Below, in pieces: positions 29,578 through 42,200 of a stretch of DNA of 64,000 nucleotides. The stretch is from the NCBI GenBank assembly GCA_964016885.1, contig OZ024742.1, forward strand, positions 4,402,001 through 4,466,000. Direction: 5' to 3'. Source of the stretch: Eledone cirrhosa. Taxonomy: Eukaryota. Each line of letters begins with the position of its first letter. The first letter of the stretch is position 1. The position numbers and the translations under genes are program-made. The notes under the pieces are model-generated. The model did not search any database, was not told the origin of the DNA, and worked only from the letters and a program-made list of their open reading frames with translations.

Positions 29578-29770
29578 TAATAATAATGGTCTCTGAATTA
29601 GACACAAGGCCAACAATTTTGGGAGAGGGGAAAATTGGTTAAATCGACCCCAGTGTGTTACTGGTACTTTATTTTATTGAACCCGTAAGGATGAATGACA
29701 AAGCTAACCTCGGTGGGTTTAGCACTAAGAACGTAACTCTATTCTACAAAGCATGTTGTCCGACGATCTA
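29578..29770 (-). mobile_element. SINE of second family (Nin/Deu-domain-like), reverse orientation
   Basis: Reverse complement resembles 33105-33326 and 43464-43682 (ggtactt-attttattgaacccgtaaggatgaa core). Confidence 0.7.
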
Positions 29771-30174
29771 CCTATATTTTCATTTTACGGCCCTCTTCTT
29801 CAGTAGTAATATATGGATAAAGAAAATACATAATACTTAACTTTTCGACGTAAGCGTGGTAGCAAGAAATCGATGAGAAATAATAGACTTGTTTCGTTTC
29901 AATACAAGATAATTTGTAATCTTTATCATTTAAATTTACAGAGAAGATAGCAAAAGCATTACCGCTACAACAGGCAGCCTACCTCCGGGCTCCCTCTTGA
30001 AGTGGATCGCGGTCTTTCCGATTTTGTGGAGGAAATCAGCAGTGCGGGGACTATGTCGTTGTTATGATAGCGAGGATATAACTAATGGCAGGGACATTAT
30101 ACACTAAACGATAAATTACAGTTACTAATATCAGAGATTGTAGATCGGAGATAGTTGTTGGCGTTTAAACACAT

Positions 30175-30231
<57 letters not shown>

Positions 30232-32905
30232 TGAACTGTCCTACTTTTTATTGGAAAGTCTTTGGTTATTTTTAAGTGCATTTGTAGCTGAAATTAATTC
30301 ATAGTTTAATTTTTAGTTACGTAATGTTATCTTAATTTGAATTAATTTTCTGTTTGCTATATCAGTTTTGGTAACGTATTTGTCTTCATTCATAATTAAT
30401 AAGAGACAGTTTTCTCTTCTCTTGTACGTATCATAAATTTGTCATTGCTTTGTTAAACACTGTAGGAATTTCAATTTATTACGTGCGATTTTCTTGTCTA
30501 TGCTTCGGTTTATTGTCTTCACACATGTAAATATCTCGCAGTTTGTCATCGATTTTTCTTTTTATTTTAGCACTAAGAATCTCGAGAGATCTATAAAAGC
30601 ATTCCGGTTCAATATTATTTTTACTTGCGGTCATATTTTCCTTTAAGGATAAGTTTGTGTCGAAATTGAAGAGCGTAATTTGATTTGGGTTACGTGCATG
30701 TCGTGAGAAATAACTAAATTTGTACCTCTATATAAGCAACAATATTCCACCAGTAGAAGGACTAAGTTTTCGTATGTAACTTTTTTCTTAAAAGTTTTAA
30801 ATGTGAAACGATTGCTTACGTGATAAGGATATGTTTATTAAAATTCATATTTGTTATGCCTTTATTTAGATGCAGAATTTCGGTGAATAATTTTCAATGA
30901 TCTGTTGATTTTACATTCAACTATATTTCTCCGGAATTTAATATATCTTTCGTGTTCTCTTTTATTGTCGTTCTGATATTCGATAAATATAGAAAGAGCT
31001 GAACATCCAAATGTGTTGAAGTAAAATCACGACTGCATTCGTGTTAAATTGTATTTATAGACATAGCCATATATTTCTAACAAATAGAACATGGTGAAAA
31101 ATCAGGAAAATTAGAGACTAACATGCAAACAGGATGCTAATTGAAACAGCAATTGCATTATACAAATCTTAATTTAAACATAAAAATGTTAAACTTTATG
31201 AATCTTACAACTGACTCACAAGTATGAGACTTACTCATCGATTAAATATAGATTTAAAACATGGAACATTACAACACATTAACACAGAGAATACGCGGAG
31301 TATTTAGGATAACATTAGTTGATAATACTACCATCATATATCATGTTAAATATTAAACCGGGGCAAAGCAAGATGGCCAAATGGTAATAGATGATGGAGA
31401 CGGTGTAGGCTTTCACCACCTTTATCCAAGCTGTCAAGTATAGCTATCTTCGTCACCCATTTTTATGGGAGACTGACCATTCTGCTCATCAGCTCTTCCC
31501 AATTCTTGTCTGACTGGAGATCTGGAAAAAATCTGTCATGTCTGTCAAGTTAGAGTAGGTTTTGAAACCTTAGACTGCATGCAACTCTGTTGAGATATCA
31601 TTTATAATAGGGGGGGGGGGCATTTTTATGTGTACGTATGTGCATCTATAATGAGCACACATGTTTGTGTGGCTGGCGTGTATGAGGAAATCATGTATTG
31701 TTTTTGTTTTTTTTCTTAAAAGATTTACAACAAATACTTTGAAGAGATGAACTATTTTTTACAAATGGCTTTTTCATGCGTCTCCATTTTGTATTCTTTC
31801 AGCCTTCCTATTGTTCTGCTAAATTTGAGTGTTTTCTATTTCTGCTTGTAATTTTTATTATAGGGGAGATTCTCACGGTGTCCATAAATCTCCGTTATTA
31901 TGAATAGAAATAATGTTGCACCATTTTTGCCAAGCCAATCAAACTGCATTTTCGCGAGTTAATTCCGTTCCACGAACGTTGCTTTTTCAAATACTTCTGA
32001 GGCGAGGTCGACTTTGAGATCAAACATTAACACGAATTTATGTGAGCCTTTCATCTTGTCGGTGTAAAACCTTTAAGCCCCACCCTCCGTTCATGTTACC
32101 TCCCAGTAATCTCAAATCGTTTTCATATTATCCCGGGAGAGGAGTATGCACTTGATTTCAAATTATTCCTGCTCTGTTATATTACATCCGTCTCTCTCTC
32201 GTAGCTGAAATGATGAATGTTAATGCTTGACACTCATGATACATTTATTACATATAAAACGTGAAACACATTAGATTTAAGCTACGCTGTATGCTAAATG
32301 AGAGAACATAAAAAATAATAAAGTAGTATAGTTAATACGAAGGATTGTGAGGTATGTAATGAATGACTAAGTTTCAGAAAGCCGGTACAATGTGGTAGAA
32401 ATATATAAGAGCAAAGGGTGACAAATAAAACAAAGTATATTTCAATATCATAATTCAGAGTTATCACCCCTTTTCAAATGTGAAAGGAAAACTGTTCAAA
32501 ACAAAAAGGAACGATCGATGTGTAAAAAAGAATGTTATATATTTTAACATCCACCTCTATAGATTTCTTAAGCATATTTTTTCTTAAGCGCTCTTTGAAA
32601 ATGTTGTTTTAAACCTAATTATGTTTAACATAGGCAAAAGGCCAGTAAATTTTGTGAGAGAGAAACATTAATTATTTTATTGATCTCGGAAATATTAAAG
32701 ACAATCTGGTTTCGGTTGCATATGAACTCAAAAACTACGAATAGGTTGCTTTGCTGTCTATTGAGTCAGCCATGTTCAAATTCCTTAATAATTGTTTCTA
32801 CTTCTATCACAAGGTCAGTAATTTGACGGGAAGGGTAAATTCGATTAAATCGACCTCTGTGCATTACTAGTATTGATAAGTGATTTAAACTATGCTAGCT
32901 TCGAA

Positions 32906-32964
<59 letters not shown>

Positions 32965-33104
32965 CCCTTCATTTAATCTGTTTCAAGATATGTTTTGGTA
33001 CAGTCTAGTGTGACGTGATAATCACAAATGCTTCTGCTTTAGCACAGACCTACACTTCTCTGTTAATGGGGAGCATATTTCATTATTCACTTCCATCAGG
33101 TCGA

Positions 33105-33326
33105 TGGATTGGCAGTATCGGTAGAGCGTCGGACAACATGTTTTATGGCATAGAATTACGCCCCTTTACTCTCTGAGTTCATATCCTGCCGAGCTTATCT
33201 TTGCCTTTCCTGCTTAAGGGGTCGATGAAATAAAGTACCAGTAATGCACTTGAGGCGTTTTAATCGACTGCCCCCTCCCCTCCAACAAAAGTGTTAGCCT
33301 TGTTCCTAAATCAGAAACCATTATTC
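33105..33326 (+). mobile_element. SINE of second family (Nin/Deu-domain-like)
   Basis: ggattggcagtatcggtagagcgtcgg head, gagttc B-box, gcctttc...ggggtcgatgaaataaagtaccag core, gccttgttcctaaatcagaaaccattatt tail; homologous to 43464-43682. Confidence 0.75.
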
Positions 33327-34461
33327 TCTTACATCTATGTTTCTTGTGTGTGATATATTGTGAGAAGGCATTGGTTTTGTGACACACTCAAAACTTCTTC
33401 CGCTTCAGCATAGAGTTCTGTACTTTTCATTCACTGGCGAGTTTATTTGATTATCCAATTCTGCGTTGTCAATCTTCTCGTGTATATTGGGCATGTAGGA
33501 TAATTTCTGGTCAACGACTTCGCGTGATATTTTGTAATTCCATTTTCAGTTTGGTTATTAGTTCTTCCTATATTTCTGTTGCTGTTTTTCTATTCTCTCC
33601 ACTACTGTCTGTAACATGAGCCTCTCAATTTTATATTTATTGGCTTCCTTCTACAGAGAAAGCATTTCTATTTCTTACATCTGTTCGTTGTTTTGTACAT
33701 ATTTGCATTGTTTTCTCATTATTCTTTATTAGATATCTTGCCTTCGTATTGTAGCTTCCTTGTAATAAATAGTCTTGCACACATACGTATACGAAGCAAA
33801 TTCTTTGTATATATAATATAATATATATAATATATGATATATATGATATGATGTACAATTTCTTCCATTGTGTATTCTAAATAAAGTCATATTCATTGTT
33901 TATTCGCAATTTGTGAATTTATATATCTTCCAGTTGAGAATATAATTGTAACTTATTAGTTCAACAATAGCTATTACCATACATTTGATAATTCACTTAG
34001 CTGTCACTTGAGATTATTATAACTAAAATCTATTATTACAACTACAATAGTGTTATGTCATACGTTTGATATTAAGCTCTGACTTCAAAATTTATTAGTC
34101 TAATGCGTCTATGATATCCATCCTTAACCCATTTATCTCCCCTGTGTGTACATTGTTTAAGTCATTAATTCCCAGGTATTTGTAATTGTATGGTCTCGTG
34201 ACTCCTGGAGAGGTCGTAGGAGCGCAGTATTAACAGACGGCGTTTCAAGGACATTTTAACCCCCCCCCCCCTCCAACAAAAGTGTTAGCCTTGTTCCTAA
34301 ATCAGAAACCATTATTCTCTTCCATCTATGTTTCTGTTGTGTGATATATTGTGAGAAGGCATTGGTTTTGTGACACACTCAAAGCTTCTGCCTCGTCAGC
34401 ATAGAGTTCTGTACTTTTCATTCACTGGCGAGTTTATTTGATTATCCAATGCTACGTTGTC
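33277..34461 (+). repeat. ~195-bp dispersed direct repeat (33277-33470 and 34267-34461) made of SINE tail plus flank
   Basis: cctccaacaaaagtgttagccttgttcc...gattatccaa occurs twice, ~990 bp apart. Confidence 0.9.
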
Positions 34462-34564
34462 CCATATATATATATATGAAACAGTTGCCCCACTCCTCTC
34501 CAGGTCTAAATACAACATATTTCCTCCAGGATAAGAGAATGGAAGTGAGAAAGAGATATATATA

Positions 34565-34700
34565 GGAGGAATCGACCCCAGTATTAGACTTGTACTTTTT
34601 TTATTGACCTTCAATGGATGAAAACGCCTTGTCGGGATTTGTACCCAGAGATAAGAGAACTGAAACACCACAAAGTATACTATCTGACCTAACGACTGTA
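34565..34700 (-). mobile_element. Degenerate fragment of second SINE family
   Basis: aatcgaccccagtattagacttgtacttttttattgacc...ggatgaaa resembles 29640-29700. Confidence 0.55.
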
Positions 34701-34966
34701 CGTATTTGTGAGTACACGTGTTCATAAAATCCTCTTATCTCTGTTTCTTTATTTCTCTTCTCACTTTGATATCTGTGTAAATTGAATTCTATGTCAACTA
34801 GTACATAACCAATTGTTTTACGGGTGGAATACTCGGATACTTCACTAAAATGTAATATAGCTACGTTTGTGTTGCAGACTTGAAATTTACATTTTATTTA
34901 TATTTGTTACATTTATTTATATTTTCAATCAATCTTATAATTCTAAATATCTAATTTGATTTTACT

Positions 34967-35170
34967 ATAACGAAATTTAATATAGCAATAGCTTCTACTG
35001 GTCTAGATCTGTTTCATTCGTATGAAATCATCGGGAATGCCCCTGATGATATCATTCGAATGAAACAGTTCTAGACCAGTAGAAGCCATTGCTATATTAA
35101 ATTTTGTTGTTCTCACCCGACTTATGTATTGAGTACCATATTTATTGTGGTTATCCCCGATTTCACTCAG

Positions 35171-35173
<3 letters not shown>
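34967..35173 (+). mobile_element. 5'-inverted remnant of a PLE 3' terminus (family A) with truncated hammerhead in both arms
   Basis: Inverted repeat 34967-35110 centred ~35038. The right arm reads CTGATGA-tatcattcgaat-GAAAC-agttctagaccaGTA-gaagc. Its 3' tail (atgtattgag..tgtggttatccccga) matches the reverse complement of 61601-61660. Confidence 0.8.
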
Positions 35174-35237
<64 letters not shown>

Positions 35238-35261
35238 ATATATATATATATATATATATAT

Positions 35262-35452
35262 AACAAAGAAGGTGTGGTAAGATACCAGGTGGACCATAAC
35301 GCACCAGAGTATTCGATACTTGGGGTAGTAGAGTGGGTAAAAGGAAAAGATTCAGGACCCCGACGGCTGAGCTCCAGCCGTTTCGACAGCTAGATTTGAA
35401 CTAAGCCACCAGTATTAGAACGGAGGGAATCTAGCTGAACTTATCAAGGGGT
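35262..35452 (-). mobile_element. Short hammerhead-bearing element, family B (probable PLE terminal-repeat remnant)
   Basis: gtggtaag..ccaggtggaccataacgcacc..gtagtagagtgggtaa is shared with 53708-53863, 57037-57215 and 60296-60388; abuts (TA)n. Confidence 0.8.
35357..35452 (-). ncRNA. Type I hammerhead ribozyme motif, U3-A8 core variant, long stem II
   Basis: Minus strand: acccc UUGAUAA g-uu-cagcuagauu...aaucuagcug-uc GAAA cggc-uggagcuca-gccg UC ggggu. Stems I, II and III all pair; GUC triplet. Confidence 0.65.
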
Positions 35453-35669
35453 ACAGTCCATATATGGGCATACAAAAACAGCAAAAGATCTAAGCAAAAA
35501 TTCTTAAAAGTTTGTTGATTTTCTTGTCTGTCACGGGGAGTGGTCAGTTATATGGGATGTTATGTATATAGTTTATTACCTTCATAGAGGGTGGTGCTAA
35601 AAAGGCTGGAATACAAGGGGAACGGGGTAAGAAGGTGGACTGACCTGAGGATGCCAAGCCAGTCGGGCG

Positions 35670-35950
35670 TGCACTCGTGAACTTGTGAATTATAATCATG
35701 AACACGGCGATGCGTTGTGTCCTTTAGCAAGGCACTTTATTTCATATTGCTCCAGTTCACTCAATTGTAAAACTGGTGCCAAACCTGATCGGTGTTTACC
35801 TTTCCATTGGACAATATCGGTGGCGTGAAGAGGGAAGCCCGATTTGCATGGGCGACTGTTGGTCTTTCACAATAACACTTGGCATGGTCTGGAGCACGAG
35901 AAAAGAACTTTCTAGTTACATATCCTATGATCGTTAGTGACGAACAGATG
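35670..35950 (+). mobile_element. CORE-like SINE copy
   Basis: gcgatgcgttgtgtcctttagcaaggcactttatttcatattgctccagttcactca matches the core of 28494-28752. Confidence 0.7.
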
Positions 35951-36433
35951 TCTCTATACATGGGTGTGGTTTTTTTTTTGGGGGGGGGGGGGGGGTATGT
36001 GGTTCCGTTTCAGCTTTCTTTACGTTCCGAATCACGAAAATAACTAGACTTGGAAAATATAATTACTATTGTGGATATGATTGGCAAAATATCTTCTTCC
36101 ATGCAATAATCCAGCATGGCCGCAGCCTCATGTCTGAAACTAGTAAGAATAAAAGAATACATTCTCGTTAAATTATCCAACTTTTGTGGAGTTAACAAAG
36201 ACACCCAATTTATTCTGTTTGATAATTTACCAGCCTCTGATCTCAGTTTCTACAAAAAACTAAAGAATAGAAAGAAGACATGAATTGATAATATTTATCA
36301 AATAATATTACATGCCCTGTGGTGCCATATTAATATCAGCAGAACAAACGCCAAACACTCATCTAGCGATAAATGTAAAAACGAATCTTAAAACTAGTGG
36401 GCAATTATTTAGTCTCCTTAATTTGTATGAATA

Positions 36434-36498
<65 letters not shown>

Positions 36499-36511
36499 CT
36501 ACATATATGTG

Positions 36512-36559
<48 letters not shown>

Positions 36560-36809
36560 GAGACGTATAGAGATTGTTTTAGCAAGAAGCTAACGGCATT
36601 CTATAACATATATGCGACTATAACGTCAAGATGGGAAAAGTAGTTAACGAAAGATTTAGGAAAAATAACTCAAACTCATCTCAAAAGAGAATCAGGATAC
36701 AAATTCATCCACAGAATTTAGTAAAATCCATGGAAAAATCTATAGACCTTTAACTCATGATAAAACAAAGTTTGAAACACTTATCCTTCAATTTGGAATA
36801 ACATCAAAT

Positions 36810-36891
36810 GCTCTGTATAGTCTTAAAAAACTATTTCATGAAAACTTTCAGTGGAGATGGTCACGGTTGGAATATCATTCATCAGCAGAGC
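36810..36891 (-). ncRNA. Type I hammerhead ribozyme motif, canonical core (family C)
   Basis: Minus strand: gcucug CUGAUGA auga-(33 nt)-ucau GAAA uaguuu-uuua-agacua UA cagagc. Perfect 6-bp stem I; AUA triplet; lies in a ~450-bp insert between (TA)n tracts. Confidence 0.75.
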
Positions 36892-37180
36892 TCAACAGAA
36901 AACCAGGGCTCTCACAGTAATATAGTCCGAAAAAGGGAATTCTAAAACTGGCTAGTTCGCCTTCATGTGTATTTATGAAAAAGCACATGAGGAAAAAAAA
37001 AAAAATATATATATATATATATGATATATATATGCATATGTATATGTATATGAATATATATTTGTATATATGTGTGTGTATATATATATATATATGTATA
37101 TGTGTATATATATATATGTGTGTGTGAATATATGTTTGTGTGTGTGTATATATATGTATGTATATATACATATATATATG

Positions 37181-37303
<123 letters not shown>

Positions 37304-37386
37304 TTATATGTATACATATATGTAAAAATATGTGTGTGTGTATATATATATATTTATATGTATACATATATGTAAAAATATGTATG

Positions 37387-37469
<83 letters not shown>

Positions 37470-38654
37470 TATATGCATCTATATAAGTGTGTATTCATAC
37501 GTAAACGTTGATGTTGTAGACATTATTATTGTTGTTTGTGTGGTTTACATATATTTCTTAGCCCCTCTCCCACTTGGTAGAGATATTTATACCCCCCACG
37601 TCACTCACATATACCATCATATTCATTTAATGAACGGGAGTTTGTTTGGTTTTGTAGTTATTTAGCTCAAGGCCATTCCTCATCAAGTAGACCGTTGATC
37701 AAAAGAAGACAGACATTGAAGTGTTGGTGATATCTTATTTCTTTTCCAGTATATGTCATGTTAATACCACAAGATGAACAACTTCCGTCTTAAACAAGGG
37801 AAACCGCATCTAGACCCGTTGTGTATGAAACCAAACCTTTAAAACTTAGATTTTACATATGACTTATATAACTGTTTTATATAGTTGTTGCTCCCCTGAA
37901 TGTTGTGGTTAAAATAACGACAATGACGAAGAAGCCATGTGTATTAAAGTATGGTGATTTTGTCCATTTAAATGTAGTTTACTGAATACTAAATGTCACG
38001 GGCATTACCTACACACTTAATGAGATAATAAGCTTGTAGTTGAGGAACTTCACCTTATTATACAGAGTGCACACAGTTAGTATGATGAGAGTGTTTTGGT
38101 AATGATATTATAAACAATCTATTTTCAGAATCGTTGAGCAATATGAAGTTTGTGAATCTGAAAGAAGCATCAGCGCTGTTTGACTATGAAAAATAGGTTA
38201 TAGTTTGGGCATATAAACTCAGAAATCAGAAGACATTTGTACAGTATGGTCCTTGGGGTTTATATGTCCAACATATAAATCTATTTTTGTTATATAAATA
38301 TACATATATGATTAAGGGACGAAGCTTATCAAATAGAATGGACACAACTTCGGTCGTTTCTTCACTCAATAATCTAATTAAGCCCGTATCTATATATATA
38401 TGTATGTGCTATTCATATACCTCTGTAGACCCATCTCTATGAAATCTTACACGTGTTCTGTAGCTCACTTTCATAATATGGAACGCTGCCTTCACAACAA
38501 CGCTTGCTATGATCTCTCCAGAACTGGGATGCAAAGACATGTACAAAAATATAATTTCACGGCCATGCCTAACCAGTATTATAGTGAGTTTCGTCTTACA
38601 TGTTTGCTCTAGACGTTACAAACCATCAGTTGGTTTTAAAATTTTATCTCAGGG

Positions 38655-38800
38655 CATCGGCATTGTAGCCTAGTTTTTAGGGTGTTAGTTTCTAGATCAC
38701 AAGATAAAAATTTGATTCCTAGAAAGAGCAGAGTGTTTTGTTCTTGACAAGGACGTTTTATTTCACGTTGCTCCAGGTCTCTCAGTTGAAAACAAATGAG
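38655..38800 (+). mobile_element. Degenerate CORE-like SINE
   Basis: ttcttgacaaggacgttttatttcacgttgctccaggtctctcagttg core with a tRNA-like head. Confidence 0.6.
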
Positions 38801-39569
38801 TACTATCAGCAACAGCTGTGTCTCCTCATAATAGTTCCGCAGTCTCTCTTATTAGAAAATGGCCTTTGAGATTTGAATGGCGATAGTAACAACGGCAGTG
38901 AATGATTTGATTAAAAATTGAATAATGAGACTGCTACAATTTGAACATTTTAAACAATATCACACGCACACACAGACAGACTCACACAGACATGCACAGA
39001 CAGATTCACACACACATAGACATTCACACACATACAGAGTGAGAGAGAGAGAGACTCACACACACAAAGATACACACACACAGATATTTATATATGTATA
39101 TAATTTTATTTAAGAAATAAAGATAAAGAAATCGTTATTTTATTTAATGACAAAAATCTATTTTGACGAACGGATGAATAGTTTCACATATCCTTCTGTG
39201 GCTATTTACATTTTTTGTCTGTTTTTTCTGATTTAGTTAAATTGAAAGTTCACCTCAAATTTCCTCTCAGCTCTAAACAAGTTTTAATAGGAAAGATATT
39301 AACTTCTAAGATTTCCTTTGTATAACTATCGCTACCAGCGAATTCCTTAAGTTTATATAATCAGTTAGTGCATTCTCAACTTACTGCCAATGTCGACCTT
39401 TTAATAAATCTACTATTCATTACAATACTACTCCATTGGATATATTTATCATTTACTGTTTGACTGAAGAAACAAAATTATTTAACAAAATCTAGTTTTA
39501 GATCAATATCTCTTTTGGTTTTGTATTTTATGTATTTATATTTTAATTCTCTCAGGTTTTCTATAATTA

Positions 39570-39823
39570 AAATATTAGCCATACCATCCGCATGTTTACC
39601 TTTCAGGACATATCATGGCAGGCAACGAACCTGCTACAAAACGTTTACTATAGAAACTCACTAAAGTGAAATACAAACATAGAACACCTCTCAAGACATT
39701 ATAGAAAGTCATTAAGGAAGATATAGAATTATCTGGTGAAGAACTGAGGCAGTTAATGTTGGATTGTGTGAGATGGAAAGGTTTTATATCACCACAAGTA
39801 GTAGTAGTAGTAGTAGTAGTAGC

Positions 39824-39901
<78 letters not shown>

Positions 39902-39910
39902 GGTGGTGGT
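39570..39910 (+). mobile_element. 3' end of an RTE-clade LINE with (GTA)n/(GTG)n tail, decayed
   Basis: Translates as GHIMAGNEPATKRLL*KLTKVKYKHRTPLKTL*KVIKEDIELSGEELRQLMLDCVRWKG, resembling the GH...LL.W...GRP..T...EDT...EL...M.DR..W C-terminus of RTE ORFs. Followed by a trinucleotide tail. Confidence 0.65.
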
Positions 39911-40049
39911 CTATAGGATGTGTTTGTCATTTACTATCTGGCTGAAGAAATAGAATTATTTAACACAATCTCGTTTTATATCAATGACTCGTTCATTCAC
40001 TTATTTTATGTATTTATATTGTAATGAAACCCATTAAAACAAAACTTAC

Positions 40050-40140
40050 CGCCGCTTATCACAAGCATCAAACATTTGCAATATAAATATTTTGTTCCTC
40101 TCTCTTAAATTTCTCACTGACAATAGCCATTCTCACTTCC
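40050..40140 (-). other. Candidate spliced exon (91 nt)
   Basis: Minus strand: cttatttcag| ... gcg|gtaagt. ATG at 40130 opens MAIVSEKFKREEQNIYICKCLMLVISG. No homology recognised. Confidence 0.25.
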
Positions 40141-41252
40141 CTGAAATAAGAAACAATGTAAACATTTGGATTGTAACAATGATATAATGATATATCTACC
40201 ACCGGTTTCGACGATGATTGTTTCAGTTGATAAAATCCACAGAAACCTGCTCGTGAAATTAACGAGCATCACACAGACACGTGTGTCGTTAGCGTAGCCC
40301 ATTAACTCAGACGTTATTGATGATCTTGAAAGTTTAAAGTAACTTGAACAAATTGTTACACATTGGATTGAAAGCCAGAATCAATAATCATAAAGGAACA
40401 AACTTCTTAACCACACAGCCCTCTTTATTGCCTGTTTATTCTATTTCATATACGTTTTCTCCTGGGTCGAATTGATAAGATTAAAATGTTTATCTTGAAT
40501 AAATAAATATGTTACACGTTTACACATTTATACATAAGTGTTTTATTAATTAAACACATCAGACGAACAAAACAAATAGAGATGATCAAAGAAAACTTAT
40601 GTGTAACTAATCTGGTTTTGTTTTTCTTTATATCTTATGTGTTTTATTATTTTACTGCACTCTGTGGCATCTTGTTTATAAAACAAACAATTGCAAAAGA
40701 ATTTACACAAAAAAATGATTGCACTAATCGATATTCTGTATAGTACAGGCTTCATAATTCACATGTAAGAAACAAGACATTTGATGTGAAATAAGTTTTA
40801 CAAGAAAGCTCATTCTACATATAGCGTTCATATGTTTCTACAAATAGGAAGATGGGGGTGGATAACTTTTAAAACTATTATCTATAATCCGGTTGGGTTT
40901 CGGTTAATCCGTAGTATATTCGTTTATATATTAACTTCTCTGCAAATATGTTTGTTTTTCCTATTGCTGTCGTTGTTTTTGTTTGGTTTTTAACTTACTG
41001 TAGCAAGTTACGCCATACTCCAGTTCTTGTTTCGTGTGAAGTTACCACAAAATGTTAACGTTGAAAATGTTTTGATGTAAACAAAATTATGTTCCTTTAA
41101 TCACTAATCGAATATCGATTCTCTGGCTGAAAGATTACCTTTTCATCTCCGAAGTATTGCTTTGGTGCCAAATTAAATATTGGTTAAACGATTGTGGTAA
41201 AATAGTTATTAATTTCTGATCAGCGATGGTTGGTTCTATCGATAGAATATCG

Positions 41253-41320
41253 GTAGTAATATATAGACACTGCTTGAAACATTGTGATCAATGTTTCAAG
41301 CAGTGTCTATATATTACTAC
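41253..41320. repeat. Perfect inverted repeat, 32-bp arms, 4-nt spacer
   Basis: gtagtaatatatagacactgcttgaaacattg-tgat-caatgtttcaagcagtgtctatatattactac. Confidence 0.95.
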
Positions 41321-41464
41321 ACCACATTAGTTCCAAAGATATGAACATCACAACACATAGTCTTCCTTCTACTATTAGCAACACTATGAAGGAAGCGTTA
41401 CATATTCGCTTCACTTGCTTAATATAACAGACCTATCTCCCTCAAATCACACATTCTAAAGTAT

Positions 41465-41665
41465 GTCCCGCGACCGGAGGCTCGTCAGGCCGATGTTTAT
41501 CCCAGTTTCCGTTATGTTAAGCGACGCCAGTCCACCGCAGGTTTAAACCCCCATCTAATGTTGCTGGTACTCATTTTCAGCTGAGTATACTGAAGCAACG
41601 TGAAATGAAGTGTTTTGTCCAAGAGCACGGCACATAATCCAGTCCAGGAATCGAATCCACGGCAT
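41465..41665 (-). mobile_element. CORE-like SINE, reverse orientation
   Basis: ggtactcattttcagctgagtatactgaagcaacgtgaaatgaagtgttttgtccaaga...ggaatcgaatcc is the reverse complement of the core and B-box of 28494-28752. Confidence 0.75.
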
Positions 41666-42049
41666 CTTGAATTTCAAGATTATGTCTGTTTAATAAAACA
41701 TAATTTGGGATAAACCAACAAGAACGGGGCAAGTTCTTCAATATCAACAAACGATTATCACCTGTAAAACTTTATTTCTCCAAATTTGTGAGTTTCATTG
41801 AATTGGTTTTGGAAAGAGATGAGCGCCAAGATACCGCTAGTCTCATTGATGTCAAATTGATCCGTTCAATCATTCTCTTTAATTATAAAGCATTCCAACT
41901 CCTACATCATCGTCGTGTGAAAGGGAAAACGCTGGGTAATCCCAGTAGATTAACAGGAACTCTGAAGCCATTGCGACTCGATAAGTCCTCGGTGGATTAA
42001 ACCGATCACAACTACATAGTTGAAAACAAAAACATAGATGCAGGTATTC

Positions 42050-42200
42050 CTGAGTTGTTCAGAAGTTGGCCTCGCAATCATGAGGTTCCGAATTCAATCC
42101 CACAACGTAGCATTTTAAACAGGGGCCTTTACTATATCCTTGGATTGAACCAAGTTTTGTGAATGAAATTGGGTTGACAGAAACTATATGGGAGACCTTT
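42050..42200 (+). mobile_element. Degenerate tRNA-derived SINE (third family)
   Basis: agaagttggcctcgcaatcatgaggttccgaattcaatcccac tRNA-like head; a similar decayed head lies at ~60045-60140. Confidence 0.5.

Noticed and set aside
31435-31498. Minus-strand CTGATGA...GAAG hammerhead-like motif
   Set aside because: No GAAA, no NUH triplet and no stem I.
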